Assembly: GCA_963711835.1 (NCBI GenBank)
Contig: CAVQFQ010000017.1
Coordinates: forward strand, 640,001 to 704,000
Direction: 5' to 3'
DNA from: an uncultured delta proteobacterium
Lineage (GTDB): Bacteria > Desulfobacterota > RBG-13-43-22
DNA length: 64,000 bases
Shown piece after piece: positions 51,725-61,913 of this stretch. The stretch's first letter is position 1; every line of letters begins with the position of its first letter. The position numbers and the translations under genes were made by a program. The notes below the pieces were generated by a model. The model was not told where the DNA came from, made no database searches, and saw only the letters and a list, made by a program, of their open reading frames with translations.

Positions 51725-52135
51725 ATGAACGTCGGCGGCGACAGAAAGTTGATGTCTGAAATCAATGTCACCCCCCTGGTGGATGTCATGTTGGTTTTGC
51801 TGATCATCTTCATGGTGGCGGCCCCCATGATGATGCAGGGTATGGATGTCCAACTCCCCCAGACCCAGGCCAAGACCATTCAAGCCCAGGAAGAACGGCT
51901 GGTCATTACCTTGACCAAGAAGCAAGAGATTTTTATCAATGAATACCGCGTCAGTCGGGAAGAATTGCAGGAAAAATTAAAGGCCCTTTACCAGAATAAA
52001 AAGGAGGGGGAGGTTTTTCTCCGGGCCGACCGTTCTCTCCCTTACGGCTTTGTCGTTCAGGTGATGAGTGATATCAAAACGGCGGGCATCGAAAAGTTAG
52101 GGATGGTAACTGAACCCGGGGATGATAAAAAATGA
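51725..52135 (+). CDS. tolR: TolR
   Basis: EINVTPLVDVMLVLLIIFMV. Confidence 0.95.
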   Translation: MNVGGDRKLMSEINVTPLVDVMLVLLIIFMVAAPMMMQGMDVQLPQTQAKTIQAQEERLVITLTKKQEIFINEYRVSREELQEKLKALYQNKKEGEVFLRADRSLPYGFVVQVMSDIKTAGIEKLGMVTEPGDDKK

Positions 52136-53001
52136 CCTTGTTCGATTTCACCGGAAACCGCTCTCTGGAAAGCCAGTGGATGAAAATGATCCTTATTTCT
52201 CTGGGCCTGCATACCCTCCTCCTGGCCTTCTTCCTGAATATTTTCCCCCAGTCCGGGACGGCCCGCAGGTTGGAACCGGCCTATATCGTCAATCTGGTGA
52301 CTGCCCCTGGGGGGGGGCTGCCTGAAGAAGGAATTCCGTCCCAGGAAAAGGCGCCAGCCCCTTTGCCCAAAGCCGAATCCCAACCCCTTCCCAAAGCAGA
52401 GCCCTCTTTGCCGAAAGCCGTTCCCCGTATCCTGCCTAAATTGAAAGAAAAAGAAGAAGATTCCCGAAGCCTGGATCAGGCACTGGAACACCTCAAGAAA
52501 AAGGTCCAGGAGCAGAAGTCCCTGGATACCAGGCTATCCAAGTTGGAAGACAAAGTAAAAAATGAAGAGGCCCTGCAACAGGCCCTGGCCCAGCTGGAAA
52601 GGAAAAAGCAGGCCGGCTCCGCAAGCGCCAGGCCCGCGACCGGAACGGCCGGCACCGGCAGCGGTTTCATTTCTTCGGGTACGGCCGGGAATCCGGACGG
52701 ACTGGGGATCCAGTTCCAGCTTTATCATGCCGCCCTCCGGGGGCGGATTAAGCGAAACTGGGTCCTGCCCGAAGGGTTATTGAAGGGGAACGATATTTCA
52801 GCGGAAATCATGGTCCGGATAGGCCGAAATGGCCGGATCGAAGACACCCACTTTGAACGAAAATCAGGGGTGGAAGGATTTGACCAGGAGGTCATCCGCA
52901 CCCTGAAAAAATCGGATCCCCTTCCGCCTGTACCGGAAGGCTATCCCAGGGGCAGTTACGAGATTATTTTAACTTTTCACTCTAAAGATCTCTCTAATTA
53001 G
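52132..53001 (+). CDS. tolA: TolA/TonB-family protein
   Basis: S..LH TM motif, Pro/Lys-rich linker, TonB-C-like domain; position in operon. Confidence 0.85.
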   Translation: MTLFDFTGNRSLESQWMKMILISLGLHTLLLAFFLNIFPQSGTARRLEPAYIVNLVTAPGGGLPEEGIPSQEKAPAPLPKAESQPLPKAEPSLPKAVPRILPKLKEKEEDSRSLDQALEHLKKKVQEQKSLDTRLSKLEDKVKNEEALQQALAQLERKKQAGSASARPATGTAGTGSGFISSGTAGNPDGLGIQFQLYHAALRGRIKRNWVLPEGLLKGNDISAEIMVRIGRNGRIEDTHFERKSGVEGFDQEVIRTLKKSDPLPPVPEGYPRGSYEIILTFHSKDLSN

Positions 53002-53241
53002 TGTTTGGAACTACAGTTTCGTATAAATAGTAAAACCACCAATATAAATCGCTGAATTTTGCACTCGGAGAACCAATAAATGTCTTTTAAGAGTTTAAAA
53101 TTCTGGAATAGCCCATTGGTCAGGAATAAAACGAGAAATACTCCTGAACAGGGACTCAGGAAACGGCCCGGGATAGAACACGTCTTCCGGCTCCAGCTAT
53201 TCGAATTTAAAAACTTTTTCAAATAATTGGCTTTGGGAATA

Positions 53242-54549
53242 ATGAAGAAACCGTTTATCCTCTTAATTGCTCTGGTCGTCAGCAGCCTGGTTTTATTGGC
53301 CTCCCCTTTTCCTCTTTCCGGTCGCGTTTACCTGGACATCGATTCCCCCCATGTCAAAAGACTGCCTATCGTGATTCCGGATCTCAAAAACAAAGGCACC
53401 CTGGAACCCAGCCTGGGAGCGCAGATGGCCGTTCTGTTAGGTAAGGACCTGGACTTTACCGGTTATTTTCAGCTCATCGATTCCAGGGGGTTCCTGGGGC
53501 GCCCCGAAGAACAGGAGGTGGTCGATTTTAAGGCCTGGTCTCTTACCGGGGCGGATTTGCTGGTCAAAGGGGGGTATCGCCTTGAGGGGGGACAAGTGCT
53601 ATTGGAGCTGCGCTTATACGATCTGCTGCAAGGACGGCAATTGCTGGGAAAGGAATATACCACCTCCCTGAGGGATTATAAAAAAGCCATTCACCGTTTT
53701 GCCGATGAAATTCTTTTTCTCCTGACCGGAGAACACGGCCTGTTCCAGACCCGAATCGCCTTTATCTCCACCGGATCAGGCCGAAAGGAAATTTATTCGG
53801 CTGATTTTGACGGCAGTAATTTCCAGCGACTGACCCAGCACAATTCCATTAGCCTCTCCCCGCGCTGGTCCCCCCGGGGCAATGAGATTGCCTATACCTC
53901 CTACAAGGATGGGACGCCGGCCTTGTACCTCCTGCACCTGCCGGACTTGCAATCCAGCCGAATATCCAACCGGCCGGGGGTGAATATAACACCGGCCTGG
54001 TATCCGGATGGCGAATCTTTGGCGCTGGCCTTGAATCATAACGGTAATTCCGAAATCTATCAGATCAGCCGAAGCGGGACGACTGTGCAGCGGCTGACAC
54101 AAAGCTGGGGGATTGATGTCTCTCCGGCCTGGTCCCCGGATGGAAAGTATCTGGCCTTTGTATCCAATCGTTCCGGGAATCCTCATATTTACATCCTGAC
54201 GGTGGGGACTAAGGAGGTCAGGAGACTCACCTTTCAAGGGAATTACAACGTGACTCCGGTCTGGTCTCCTAAAGGAAACTGGATTGCCTATGCCGGTAAG
54301 GCAGGAGGCAACTTCCAGATTTTTGTGATTCCGCCCTCGGGAGGAGAGGCTCAACAAGTGACCTCCTCGGGCAACAATGAGTCTCCTGATTTTTCGCCGG
54401 ACGGCCGGATGATCCTTTTTAGTTCCAACCGCCAGGGCAAGTTGGCCATCTATGTCATGAATGCCAATGGGACCAACCAGCGCCGGCTCACTTTTATGAA
54501 TGGGGAACAGTCGAGCCCTTCCTGGTGTCCCAAAAAGTTTGATGACTAA
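53242..54549 (+). CDS. tolB: TolB
   Basis: TolB N-domain plus PD40 repeats (P.WSPDG). Confidence 0.96.
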   Translation: MKKPFILLIALVVSSLVLLASPFPLSGRVYLDIDSPHVKRLPIVIPDLKNKGTLEPSLGAQMAVLLGKDLDFTGYFQLIDSRGFLGRPEEQEVVDFKAWSLTGADLLVKGGYRLEGGQVLLELRLYDLLQGRQLLGKEYTTSLRDYKKAIHRFADEILFLLTGEHGLFQTRIAFISTGSGRKEIYSADFDGSNFQRLTQHNSISLSPRWSPRGNEIAYTSYKDGTPALYLLHLPDLQSSRISNRPGVNITPAWYPDGESLALALNHNGNSEIYQISRSGTTVQRLTQSWGIDVSPAWSPDGKYLAFVSNRSGNPHIYILTVGTKEVRRLTFQGNYNVTPVWSPKGNWIAYAGKAGGNFQIFVIPPSGGEAQQVTSSGNNESPDFSPDGRMILFSSNRQGKLAIYVMNANGTNQRRLTFMNGEQSSPSWCPKKFDD

Positions 54550-54707
54550 CCGGGGAAGGATTGGGGCCGGTCCTCCAGGGATGAGGGCGCTCTAAAACGT
54601 GCGGCCAGCTCTAATTCTCAGCCTGTGAGGAAAATTGCAGTGGACAAAACTTTTTTTTGCAGTATTCTTACTTGAATAGAACCCTGATTCAATAAAAGGA
54701 GGAAACG

Positions 54708-55304
54708 ATGCTCAGAGCAAGGCAAACCGGTTTTTGGATCCTAATGGCAGTCCTTTTGATTTCCGGCTTATTTTTATTTTCCTGCGGTAAGAAGGAAATC
54801 AAAAGCGAGGGCGGCATAAGCGCTTCGCCGCCGGTAAGCGACCAGGATGAGGCGGAAAAGGCTAAGAAACGGGCCCGGATCAGGGAACAGGAAACAGCCG
54901 ATCAGGAAATGAGAGAGAGGGCTTTGAAAGAAGAGGAGGCCCGCCGATTAAAATCAGCCGCCGAAAAGGCCCAATTCGAAACCGAAGATGTTTTTTTTGA
55001 GTTTGATCAGTACGTCATCTCCGACAGTGCCAAACAGGTCCTAAATAAAAAGGCCAAGTGGCTGAAAGAATACGCTAATGCCAGGGTGCAGATCGAGGGT
55101 CACTGTGATGAAAGGGGCAGTACCGAATACAATCTGGCTCTGGGGCAACGGAGGGCCGATTCGGCCATGCAGTACCTGGTCTCGCTGGGGATCAGTGCCA
55201 ATCGCCTTTCGACTATCAGCTTCGGCAAAGAAAAGCCCCTGGATTCAGACCATTCCGAGTCGGCCTGGTCCAAGAATCGCCGGGCGCATTTTATCTTAAA
55301 GTAG
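54708..55304 (+). CDS. pal: Peptidoglycan-associated lipoprotein
   Basis: Lipobox LFSC, EGHCDERGS.EYNL.LG.RRA, NRRA. Confidence 0.96.
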   Translation: MLRARQTGFWILMAVLLISGLFLFSCGKKEIKSEGGISASPPVSDQDEAEKAKKRARIREQETADQEMRERALKEEEARRLKSAAEKAQFETEDVFFEFDQYVISDSAKQVLNKKAKWLKEYANARVQIEGHCDERGSTEYNLALGQRRADSAMQYLVSLGISANRLSTISFGKEKPLDSDHSESAWSKNRRAHFILK

Positions 55305-55397
55305 ACCGTTTCAAGGGCGCCATCCCGGCCTGCCTGGCCGGGTTGGCCGCAAAATTCCTGCCCCCAAGTTTTACAATAGAATCCAGGAGGTTATAAG

Positions 55398-56273
55398 GTG
55401 AAAATCGGGAAATGGCTTATGCTACCAGGCCTATTAATTATCTTTGCCGGCTGTGCCACCCGGGATGATGCCATTATCCTGGATCGGAGAACGACTTCGC
55501 TGGAACGTAATCACTATCAGTTGCGGGATTCCACCGAAGATTTGAAGGTTGGACTATCCAGACGGATAGACCAGGTCGAGAAAAAACTGGAAGCCGCCGT
55601 GGAACCGGTACAACAAAATCAAGCCAACACCACGGCCCAGATGGAGACTTTAAAGACACGGATTCAAGAACTCCAAGGCCGTTTGGAAACCGCGGAGCAC
55701 TCACAGAAAAAGGAACAGGTCCGGCTTTCCGAATCCCTGGCCAAGGACCTGAAGGACATTCAGGCCCGTCTGCAGCGCCTGGAACAGCCGCCGACTCCTC
55801 CTGCGGAGGCGGCCGTTAAGGTGGAAAAAACCAAAGAGCCGGTGAAGGAAGCCAAAGAGGAACCCAAGGAGGAAAAAGAACCCGCCAAAGAAAAGGCCAA
55901 GACCACCCCCGAAGACCTGTACGAGGAGGCCAAGGCCCTTTCTAAAAAAGGGGCTTTTGACGGCGCTAAAAAGAAATACGAAGACTATTTAAAGGCGGCT
56001 CCCAAGGGGAAATACGTCGAGGAAGCCCGGATCGGCCTGGCCGAAGCCCTTTATCAAAAGAAAGAGTACGAAGAAGCGATTTTGGCCTACCAAAAACTGA
56101 TTAAGTCCTTTCCCAAGAGCAGGCATGTTCCCGAATCGCTTTACAAACAGGCCTTATCTTTCAGCCAGCTTAAGGATACCAGCAGCGCCCGGCTTTTATT
56201 GGAAAAAGTTATTAAGGAATTTCCCAAATCCAACCAAGCCAAACTGGCTCAAAAAAAATTAAAATCCCTGTAA
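55398..56273 (+). CDS. cpoB: Tol-pal protein YbgF/CpoB
   Basis: Lipobox FAGC, coiled coil, C-terminal TPRs, follows pal. Confidence 0.85.
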   Translation: MKIGKWLMLPGLLIIFAGCATRDDAIILDRRTTSLERNHYQLRDSTEDLKVGLSRRIDQVEKKLEAAVEPVQQNQANTTAQMETLKTRIQELQGRLETAEHSQKKEQVRLSESLAKDLKDIQARLQRLEQPPTPPAEAAVKVEKTKEPVKEAKEEPKEEKEPAKEKAKTTPEDLYEEAKALSKKGAFDGAKKKYEDYLKAAPKGKYVEEARIGLAEALYQKKEYEEAILAYQKLIKSFPKSRHVPESLYKQALSFSQLKDTSSARLLLEKVIKEFPKSNQAKLAQKKLKSL

Positions 56274-56332
56274 GCCGGCTGCTGGTCGGGAAGCAAAATG
56301 CGCTGGCCTTTTCAGGGAATCCCTAACACCCC

Positions 56333-57115
56333 TTAAGAGACACCGGGACCTGGATTCGGCCGTTCTGCTGTTTTAGTCAGGACAAGCAAGGCCCTTTCCA
56401 GGTTAAAGACGGGAAGGGAATAAACCAGCGGTTTTTCTATCCGGAAACCGTTCTTCTCCGTCCAACCCTTAAGAATCGCCAGTTCCGCCTTCCAATTTTT
56501 CCCCTTCATCAGAAGCAGTCTTCCGCCTAAAGGTAAAACCCCCTGAACGGCCGGGAGGAGTTTGTCCTCTTGGCCGACGGCCCGGGTGATGACCAGGTCG
56601 AAGGGTGCCCCTATTAACCGGGGGAGAAGACCTTTTCTCAGAAAGGCCTGTTGGGCCTTTATTCCCTCCAGTCCCAAAGACCGGATGACTTCTTTTAGAA
56701 AACTTATTTTTTTTGAAGAAGCCTCCAGGAGCCTGATAGTCAGGCCGGGGCGGGCAATTTTTAAAGGCAGGCCGGGAATTCCGGCCCCCGAACCCAAATC
56801 CAAGAGATGACCTTGGGGAGGCAAATACGGCAGGGGTGATAAGGAATCCAGAAAAAGTTTGACGAGGATATCCGAGGCCTTTCGCAGCCCGGTTAAATTC
56901 ATTTTTTGATTCCACTTCATTAACAACTGTAAATAGTGCTGGAACTGTTCCTCCTGCTCCAACGACCAAGAAACGCCCCAGGTTTCAACCCCCTGCTTTA
57001 TTAACCGCCGACCTTCTTCGGGGGACAGATCCCAGAGGATCTCCCCTTTCCCCGGCTTATCCGGAGAAGGGTCGGGGGACAGCCGGGGGATCTTCAACCG
57101 GCCGGAGTCCATCAT
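56333..57115 (-). CDS. rsmG: 16S rRNA m7G527 methyltransferase
   Basis: WN.KMNLT, DLGSGAGIPG, TRAV; start uncertain. Confidence 0.92.
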   Translation of the reverse strand: MMDSGRLKIPRLSPDPSPDKPGKGEILWDLSPEEGRRLIKQGVETWGVSWSLEQEEQFQHYLQLLMKWNQKMNLTGLRKASDILVKLFLDSLSPLPYLPPQGHLLDLGSGAGIPGLPLKIARPGLTIRLLEASSKKISFLKEVIRSLGLEGIKAQQAFLRKGLLPRLIGAPFDLVITRAVGQEDKLLPAVQGVLPLGGRLLLMKGKNWKAELAILKGWTEKNGFRIEKPLVYSLPVFNLERALLVLTKTAERPNPGPGVS

Positions 57116-58494
57116 TTCCCGATACAAAAATCACTGAAGATTTTTTTTAAGACATCGTCGGCCGTTGTTGCTCCGATCAAGGTTCCCAAGGCCTCCAAGG
57201 CCTGCTGCAGGTCCAGGGCGATGAATTCCGGGGAAAGACCTTGGGCGTTGGCCCGGTAGGCCCGTCTTAACGATTCCAACATCTGTTCGGCGATCCTCTT
57301 TTGCCTTAAGGTGGGAATGAGTTCAGGCAACGACTCGGGAGGGCTGGTTTGCAGAAAGAACCCCGACAATTTTTCTTTAAGCATCTCGATTCCTTCTTCG
57401 GAAAGAGCCGAGATGGAGAGGATCTCCGGGCCGGGGAAAAAATTCTTTACTTCTTTAAGGGTGATGGCCGGCGGCAAATCCTTTTTATTGGCCAGGATCA
57501 AAACCGGTTTTTCCTGGATCTCCTCAAAAATCTCCCGATCTTCCGGACCTAAGACAGCCGAGGCGTCCACCATAAAAAGGACCAGATCCCCTTCTTCCAC
57601 TTTTTGTCGGGTGCGCCGAATTCCAGCTTCCTCCACCTCATCCCGAGCCCGGCGGATTCCGGCGGTATCGATCAGCCGGAAAGGGAGGCCCTTCAAGAGG
57701 AACGTTTCTTCAATCGTGTCCCGGGTGGTGCCCGGAACCGAAGTGACGATGGCCCGCTCTTCTCTTAAGAGCCGGTTCAACAGGCTTGATTTTCCAACAT
57801 TAGGTTTACCGACAATGACCAGGGAAAGCCCTTCGCGAAAGAGGCGGCCTTCTTCATAGGCCTTTACCAAATCACCCAGGGGGTTCAAGACCTTTTCCTG
57901 GAGTTGCCGGTTCCATTCCGTTCGATTAAAAATCTCGATTTCTTCTTCCGGAAAATCGATGGCCGCCTCCAGGTGAGCCAAAAGAGAGAGTAGTTCTTCC
58001 TGGAGACTTTTTAATCCGGTCCCTAGCGCGCCGGCCATTAAGGCGTTGGCTTGGATGAGGGCCTGGTCCGTTTTGGCTCGGAGAAGTTCGATAATCCCCT
58101 CGGCCTGAGTCAGATCAATTCGGCCGTTCATAAAGGCCCGCCAGGTAAATTCACCGGGTTCGGCTAAGCGGGCCCCTTCCTTCAAGACCAGTTCCAGTAT
58201 TTTTTTTAGGACCAGAAGGCCGCTATGGCAGTTGATCTCGACCACATCTTCCCGGGTATAGCTGTGGGGGGCCTTCATGGTGGTCATAAGGACCTGATCG
58301 ATGACCGCTTCTTGGACGGGATCCGTGATTAACCCTAAGGTAAGAAAATGAGAGAGGAGGGGGGCGTTCCGACGGGTCGGCCTAAACAGCTTTCGGGCTA
58401 TGGGAAAAGCCAGAGGCCCGCTGATCCGGATGATTCCGATTCCTCCCAGACCTATCGGCGTGGATATGGCGGCAATCGTATCTGGATGGCTCAT
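57112..58494 (-). CDS. mnmE: tRNA modification GTPase MnmE
   Basis: DTIAAIST, GKPNVGKSS, GTTRD, FCIGK. Confidence 0.98.
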   Translation of the reverse strand: MSHPDTIAAISTPIGLGGIGIIRISGPLAFPIARKLFRPTRRNAPLLSHFLTLGLITDPVQEAVIDQVLMTTMKAPHSYTREDVVEINCHSGLLVLKKILELVLKEGARLAEPGEFTWRAFMNGRIDLTQAEGIIELLRAKTDQALIQANALMAGALGTGLKSLQEELLSLLAHLEAAIDFPEEEIEIFNRTEWNRQLQEKVLNPLGDLVKAYEEGRLFREGLSLVIVGKPNVGKSSLLNRLLREERAIVTSVPGTTRDTIEETFLLKGLPFRLIDTAGIRRARDEVEEAGIRRTRQKVEEGDLVLFMVDASAVLGPEDREIFEEIQEKPVLILANKKDLPPAITLKEVKNFFPGPEILSISALSEEGIEMLKEKLSGFFLQTSPPESLPELIPTLRQKRIAEQMLESLRRAYRANAQGLSPEFIALDLQQALEALGTLIGATTADDVLKKIFSDFCIGK

Positions 58495-58591
58495 TTCTTT
58501 ATCGGGGACGGCCGGACCCGGCCTACGGCTAGGGGAAAAGATAACGATGGGGAAATCCCCGGGGGTTCCCCTCGCAGGCCGGTTTTGGAAA

Positions 58592-59257
58592 TCAGCTTGA
58601 TTCAGGAACAGGGTCGGCAGGCCGCTCTTTTTTGACCACCGAAATAATCATTTTTTTTAAAAGCCCTTCCCCCCGGCTGATGGTCTTCAGACTTTTATCC
58701 TTTTCCAGGGCCAAATGGATAATCCGGCGGTCGTGGGCATTCAGGGGACTTAGGACCACCGGTTTTCCGGTGGTCTTTGCTTTTTCGGCCACCTTTAAAG
58801 CCAGATCGACCAAATACTCTTCCCGGCGGCTGCGGTAATCCCCGCTGTCTAAGGTCAGTTTGACCTTATCGGAGACTTGTCTTTGTAAGATCCTGGTGAT
58901 GAGGTACTGGAGGGCATCCAGGGTTTGGCCTCTTCGTCCGATCAAAAGGCCGCTCTTTTCTCCTTCAAAGTGAAGATGGACCGTATTTCCATCAGCCTTG
59001 GTCCGGATGACAGCCTCTAAGCCCATCAGGTCAATGATCTCCCGGGTTATTTTTTCAGCCAGGGCCGGAAGATCTACGGTTGGTTCCTTTAAGATTGCCC
59101 GGATTTTTGCTTTTTTTGTGCCGACAATCCCAAAAATTCCGGTGGACCCCGATGAAAGGACTTCTACTTCCAGTCTCTCCCTGGGAACATTTAATTCCGT
59201 ACAGGCAAGTTCGATGGCCTCGTCTATGGTTTTCCCTTCTACTTCAAGCGGTGTCAT
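58592..59257 (-). CDS. jag: Jag/EloR RNA-binding protein
   Basis: Jag_N, KH (LIGRRGQTL), R3H (RRIIH). Confidence 0.93.
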   Translation of the reverse strand: MTPLEVEGKTIDEAIELACTELNVPRERLEVEVLSSGSTGIFGIVGTKKAKIRAILKEPTVDLPALAEKITREIIDLMGLEAVIRTKADGNTVHLHFEGEKSGLLIGRRGQTLDALQYLITRILQRQVSDKVKLTLDSGDYRSRREEYLVDLALKVAEKAKTTGKPVVLSPLNAHDRRIIHLALEKDKSLKTISRGEGLLKKMIISVVKKERPADPVPESS

Positions 59258-59282
59258 AGAGCGCACCTCCACCTCTGCTCAT

Positions 59283-60929
59283 TCAAGTAACATATTTATT
59301 GATGTAATATTGTTGGCCGATAGATAAGACGTTGTTGACCAGCCAGTAAAGGACCAATCCCGAAGCAAAATTAATAAACATGAAGGTGAACACAACCGGC
59401 AAAAAAAGCATAAGTTTGGCCTGAGTCGGGTCACCGGTGGTGGGAGTCATCTTCTGCTGGATAAACATGGAGGCCCCCATGAGCAGGGTCAACACCGGAA
59501 TCCCGTCGCCGACATAAGGAATCGGTACCCCGATCGGCAGGCGGTCCGGCGCCGCCAGGTCATTGATCCAGAGCAAAAAATGAGCCTGCCGCAGTTCAAT
59601 GGCATACCCTAAGAGACTGTACAGGGCGAAGAAAACCGGAATTTGAATAACCATGGGCAGGCAGCCCCCCATGGGGTTGACCTTATAGGTTTTGTAAAGG
59701 GCCATCATCTCCTGATTCATCTTTTCCCGGTTGTCTTTATGTTTTTCCCGGATTTTGGCCATCTTAGGCTGTAGTTTTTGCATGTCCTTCATGGACTTGT
59801 AACTTTTATGGGTCAGGGGCCAGAAGACGATCTTGACTAAAATGGTCAATAGGATGATAGCCCAGCCAAAGTTATGAAGATAATTATTGAAAAATTTCAG
59901 GACCCAAAGCAAGGGCTTGGCCAGAATGTCAAAGAAGCCGAAGTTGACGGCTTGCTCCAATTGCAGATTCAGGGGTTTCAGGATATCAATATCCCGCGGT
60001 CCGAAGTACAGGGCAATCTGGAAGCTTTTATCCGATCCGGCGGACAGGGTGATCGGGGGCAGGATAAAGGCCGTCCTAAGCTGGTCCGGGGCAGGACGGC
60101 TGGTTTTCAGGCTGGCGATCCCCTGGCTGTCCAAGGGAACCAAGGCGCCCATAAAATAGGTATCGGCCAAGGCCCCCCACTCGATTTTTCCCGTCAGGAC
60201 CGTTTCCTTGTCGAACTTGCTAATATTTTTTTCCTCATACTTTCCATTGACGAAGGTCAGTTGACCCTGGAAGGCGGCAGCGGCGGCATCGGTTTTTAGA
60301 AATTTATTTTCAAACAAAAGCGCCAAATTGTCGTCCAAGGGGTGGGAGGTGCCGTTGATGACCTTCAAGGCCAGGCCGATCCGATAGGAATCATAGGTCA
60401 GGGTATAGGTCTTGATCAGCGTTATTCCCTGGGCGGAAACGGAGCGAAAAGTGAGGGTGCCCTGAGGCTGCTGTGGGGTCAATTCCAGGGAGGTCCGATC
60501 GGCCTTATAAATTACCTGGTCTGAGGGGGCTTGGGTTTTCTTGACCCATTCCAGTTGTAAAGGATACGGACCGGTCTCTTGGACCTGGATCATTTCCTTG
60601 AAGGCCTTTTCTCCTAAGCGCTCTTTGTAGGCGGTCAGTTTAAGGCTTTTCAGTGTCCCCCCCTGTTCCGAAAAAAGGGCTTCAAACCACTTGGTTTTGA
60701 CCGGGATGTCTTTCCCTGAGAGACGAGGCTTCGCGTCCTGAACCTGCTGTTTCTCAGGATCGGCAGGAGCGGCTAAGGGAGGTGAAGGCGAGATTTCCTT
60801 TTTTCCCGGACTGGGTTGGGCGGCCTTCGTCCCCGGCTGTGGGACCGGTTCCTGGGGTGCCATGAAAAGGAAATAGAGGGCAAATACGGCGATAGAAAGC
60901 ACAAAGGCCAAAATAACATTTTTATCCAT
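59283..60929 (-). CDS. yidC: Membrane protein insertase YidC
   Basis: NPMGGCLP..IQIPVF, GLVLYW. Confidence 0.97.
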   Translation of the reverse strand: MDKNVILAFVLSIAVFALYFLFMAPQEPVPQPGTKAAQPSPGKKEISPSPPLAAPADPEKQQVQDAKPRLSGKDIPVKTKWFEALFSEQGGTLKSLKLTAYKERLGEKAFKEMIQVQETGPYPLQLEWVKKTQAPSDQVIYKADRTSLELTPQQPQGTLTFRSVSAQGITLIKTYTLTYDSYRIGLALKVINGTSHPLDDNLALLFENKFLKTDAAAAAFQGQLTFVNGKYEEKNISKFDKETVLTGKIEWGALADTYFMGALVPLDSQGIASLKTSRPAPDQLRTAFILPPITLSAGSDKSFQIALYFGPRDIDILKPLNLQLEQAVNFGFFDILAKPLLWVLKFFNNYLHNFGWAIILLTILVKIVFWPLTHKSYKSMKDMQKLQPKMAKIREKHKDNREKMNQEMMALYKTYKVNPMGGCLPMVIQIPVFFALYSLLGYAIELRQAHFLLWINDLAAPDRLPIGVPIPYVGDGIPVLTLLMGASMFIQQKMTPTTGDPTQAKLMLFLPVVFTFMFINFASGLVLYWLVNNVLSIGQQYYINKYVT

Positions 60930-60960
60930 AGTTACTCCAACCACCTTCCAAGATGGGACA

Positions 60961-61194
60961 TTAAGGTAACGGGTCGAATCCCCCGGGAGAAAAAGGATGG
61001 CATTTCCCGATCCTTTTCAGGAAAAGGACCACGCCTTTAAACACCCCATAGGTTTGAATGGCCTGGAAGGTATACTCGGAACAGGTGGGATAGTACCGGC
61101 AGGCGGATGGAAAAAAAGGGGAAATAAACCGTTGATACCCCCGTATCGCCATCAATAAAAATCCCCGGATTATCCGGGCCATAGAGCCCATCAT
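60961..61194 (-). CDS. yidD: Membrane protein insertion efficiency factor YidD
   Basis: [21 protein letters not shown]. Confidence 0.95.
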   Translation of the reverse strand: MMGSMARIIRGFLLMAIRGYQRFISPFFPSACRYYPTCSEYTFQAIQTYGVFKGVVLFLKRIGKCHPFSPGGFDPLP

Positions 61195-61523
61195 ACTAAG
61201 AGGGGGGCTAACTCTTCGGCCACCTGATGATATGTTAATGAGTTCGCTCCTCTTAAGACAATAATGATAATATCCCGGGAAGGGGGAAGTCGGTTTTTTG
61301 ACCTTCGAAAGAATTCTCTTAAGATGCGTTTTATCCGGTTCCGTTGAACGGCTATCCCTTTATCTTTTCCGACGGTCAGTCCCAAGCGTGTTATCCCCAG
61401 GTTGTTTGGTTTAAGAACTACCAAAAAATGGGGGAAGACCCTTTTCCTGTCCTCCGGTAATCTGCGGATGAAATCCTTCCGGTGAAGAATTCTTTCTGCT
61501 TTGGATAGGGAAAAGGCCTTCAT
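61191..61523 (-). CDS. rnpA: RNase P protein component
   Basis: RLGLTV.K, AV.RNRIKR..RE. Confidence 0.93.
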   Translation of the reverse strand: MKAFSLSKAERILHRKDFIRRLPEDRKRVFPHFLVVLKPNNLGITRLGLTVGKDKGIAVQRNRIKRILREFFRRSKNRLPPSRDIIIIVLRGANSLTYHQVAEELAPLLV

Positions 61524-61554
61524 TCGAACAAGGAGCAGGAGAAGTCCTCGGGTC

Positions 61555-61689
61555 TTAGACGGAAAGTCTTTTTCTCCCTTTGGCCCGCCTTCGTTTAATC
61601 ACATTCCGTCCGGCGGCGGTACTCATCCGGCTTAAAAAGCCATGGGTCCGAGCCCGTTTCAAGTTGCTGGGTTGAAAGGTTCTCTTCAT
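61555..61689 (-). CDS. rpmH: 50S ribosomal protein L34 (44 aa, below track cutoff)
   Basis: [44 protein letters not shown]. Confidence 0.97.
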   Translation of the reverse strand: MKRTFQPSNLKRARTHGFLSRMSTAAGRNVIKRRRAKGRKRLSV

Positions 61690-61844
61690 AAGTATTGAAT
61701 CCCTTTAATAAAGAATAAACGTAATTTAAACCATAGGGTGAAGATCATGTCAAGAACTATTTATAGATTTATTTAATTGGGGCTATCCACTCCAGAGGGC
61801 AGAGCGGGAATTAAATCAGGAGGGGGTGAAGGGAGGGGCCGGTG

Positions 61845-61880
61845 AAAAAAGAGGGAACGGGGACAGGCCCCGTTCCCTCT
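61845..61880 (-). terminator. Intrinsic terminator downstream of hppA
   Basis: AGAGGGAACGGGG/CCCCGTTCCCTCT stem with U-run on the minus strand. Confidence 0.8.
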
Positions 61881-61913
61881 AGCTATAGAATCAATTGGAT
61901 TTGGACCTGAAAA

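Noticed and set aside
61690-61850. oriC upstream of rpmH
   Set aside because: Only one poor DnaA-box-like sequence (CTATCCACT) and no dnaA.
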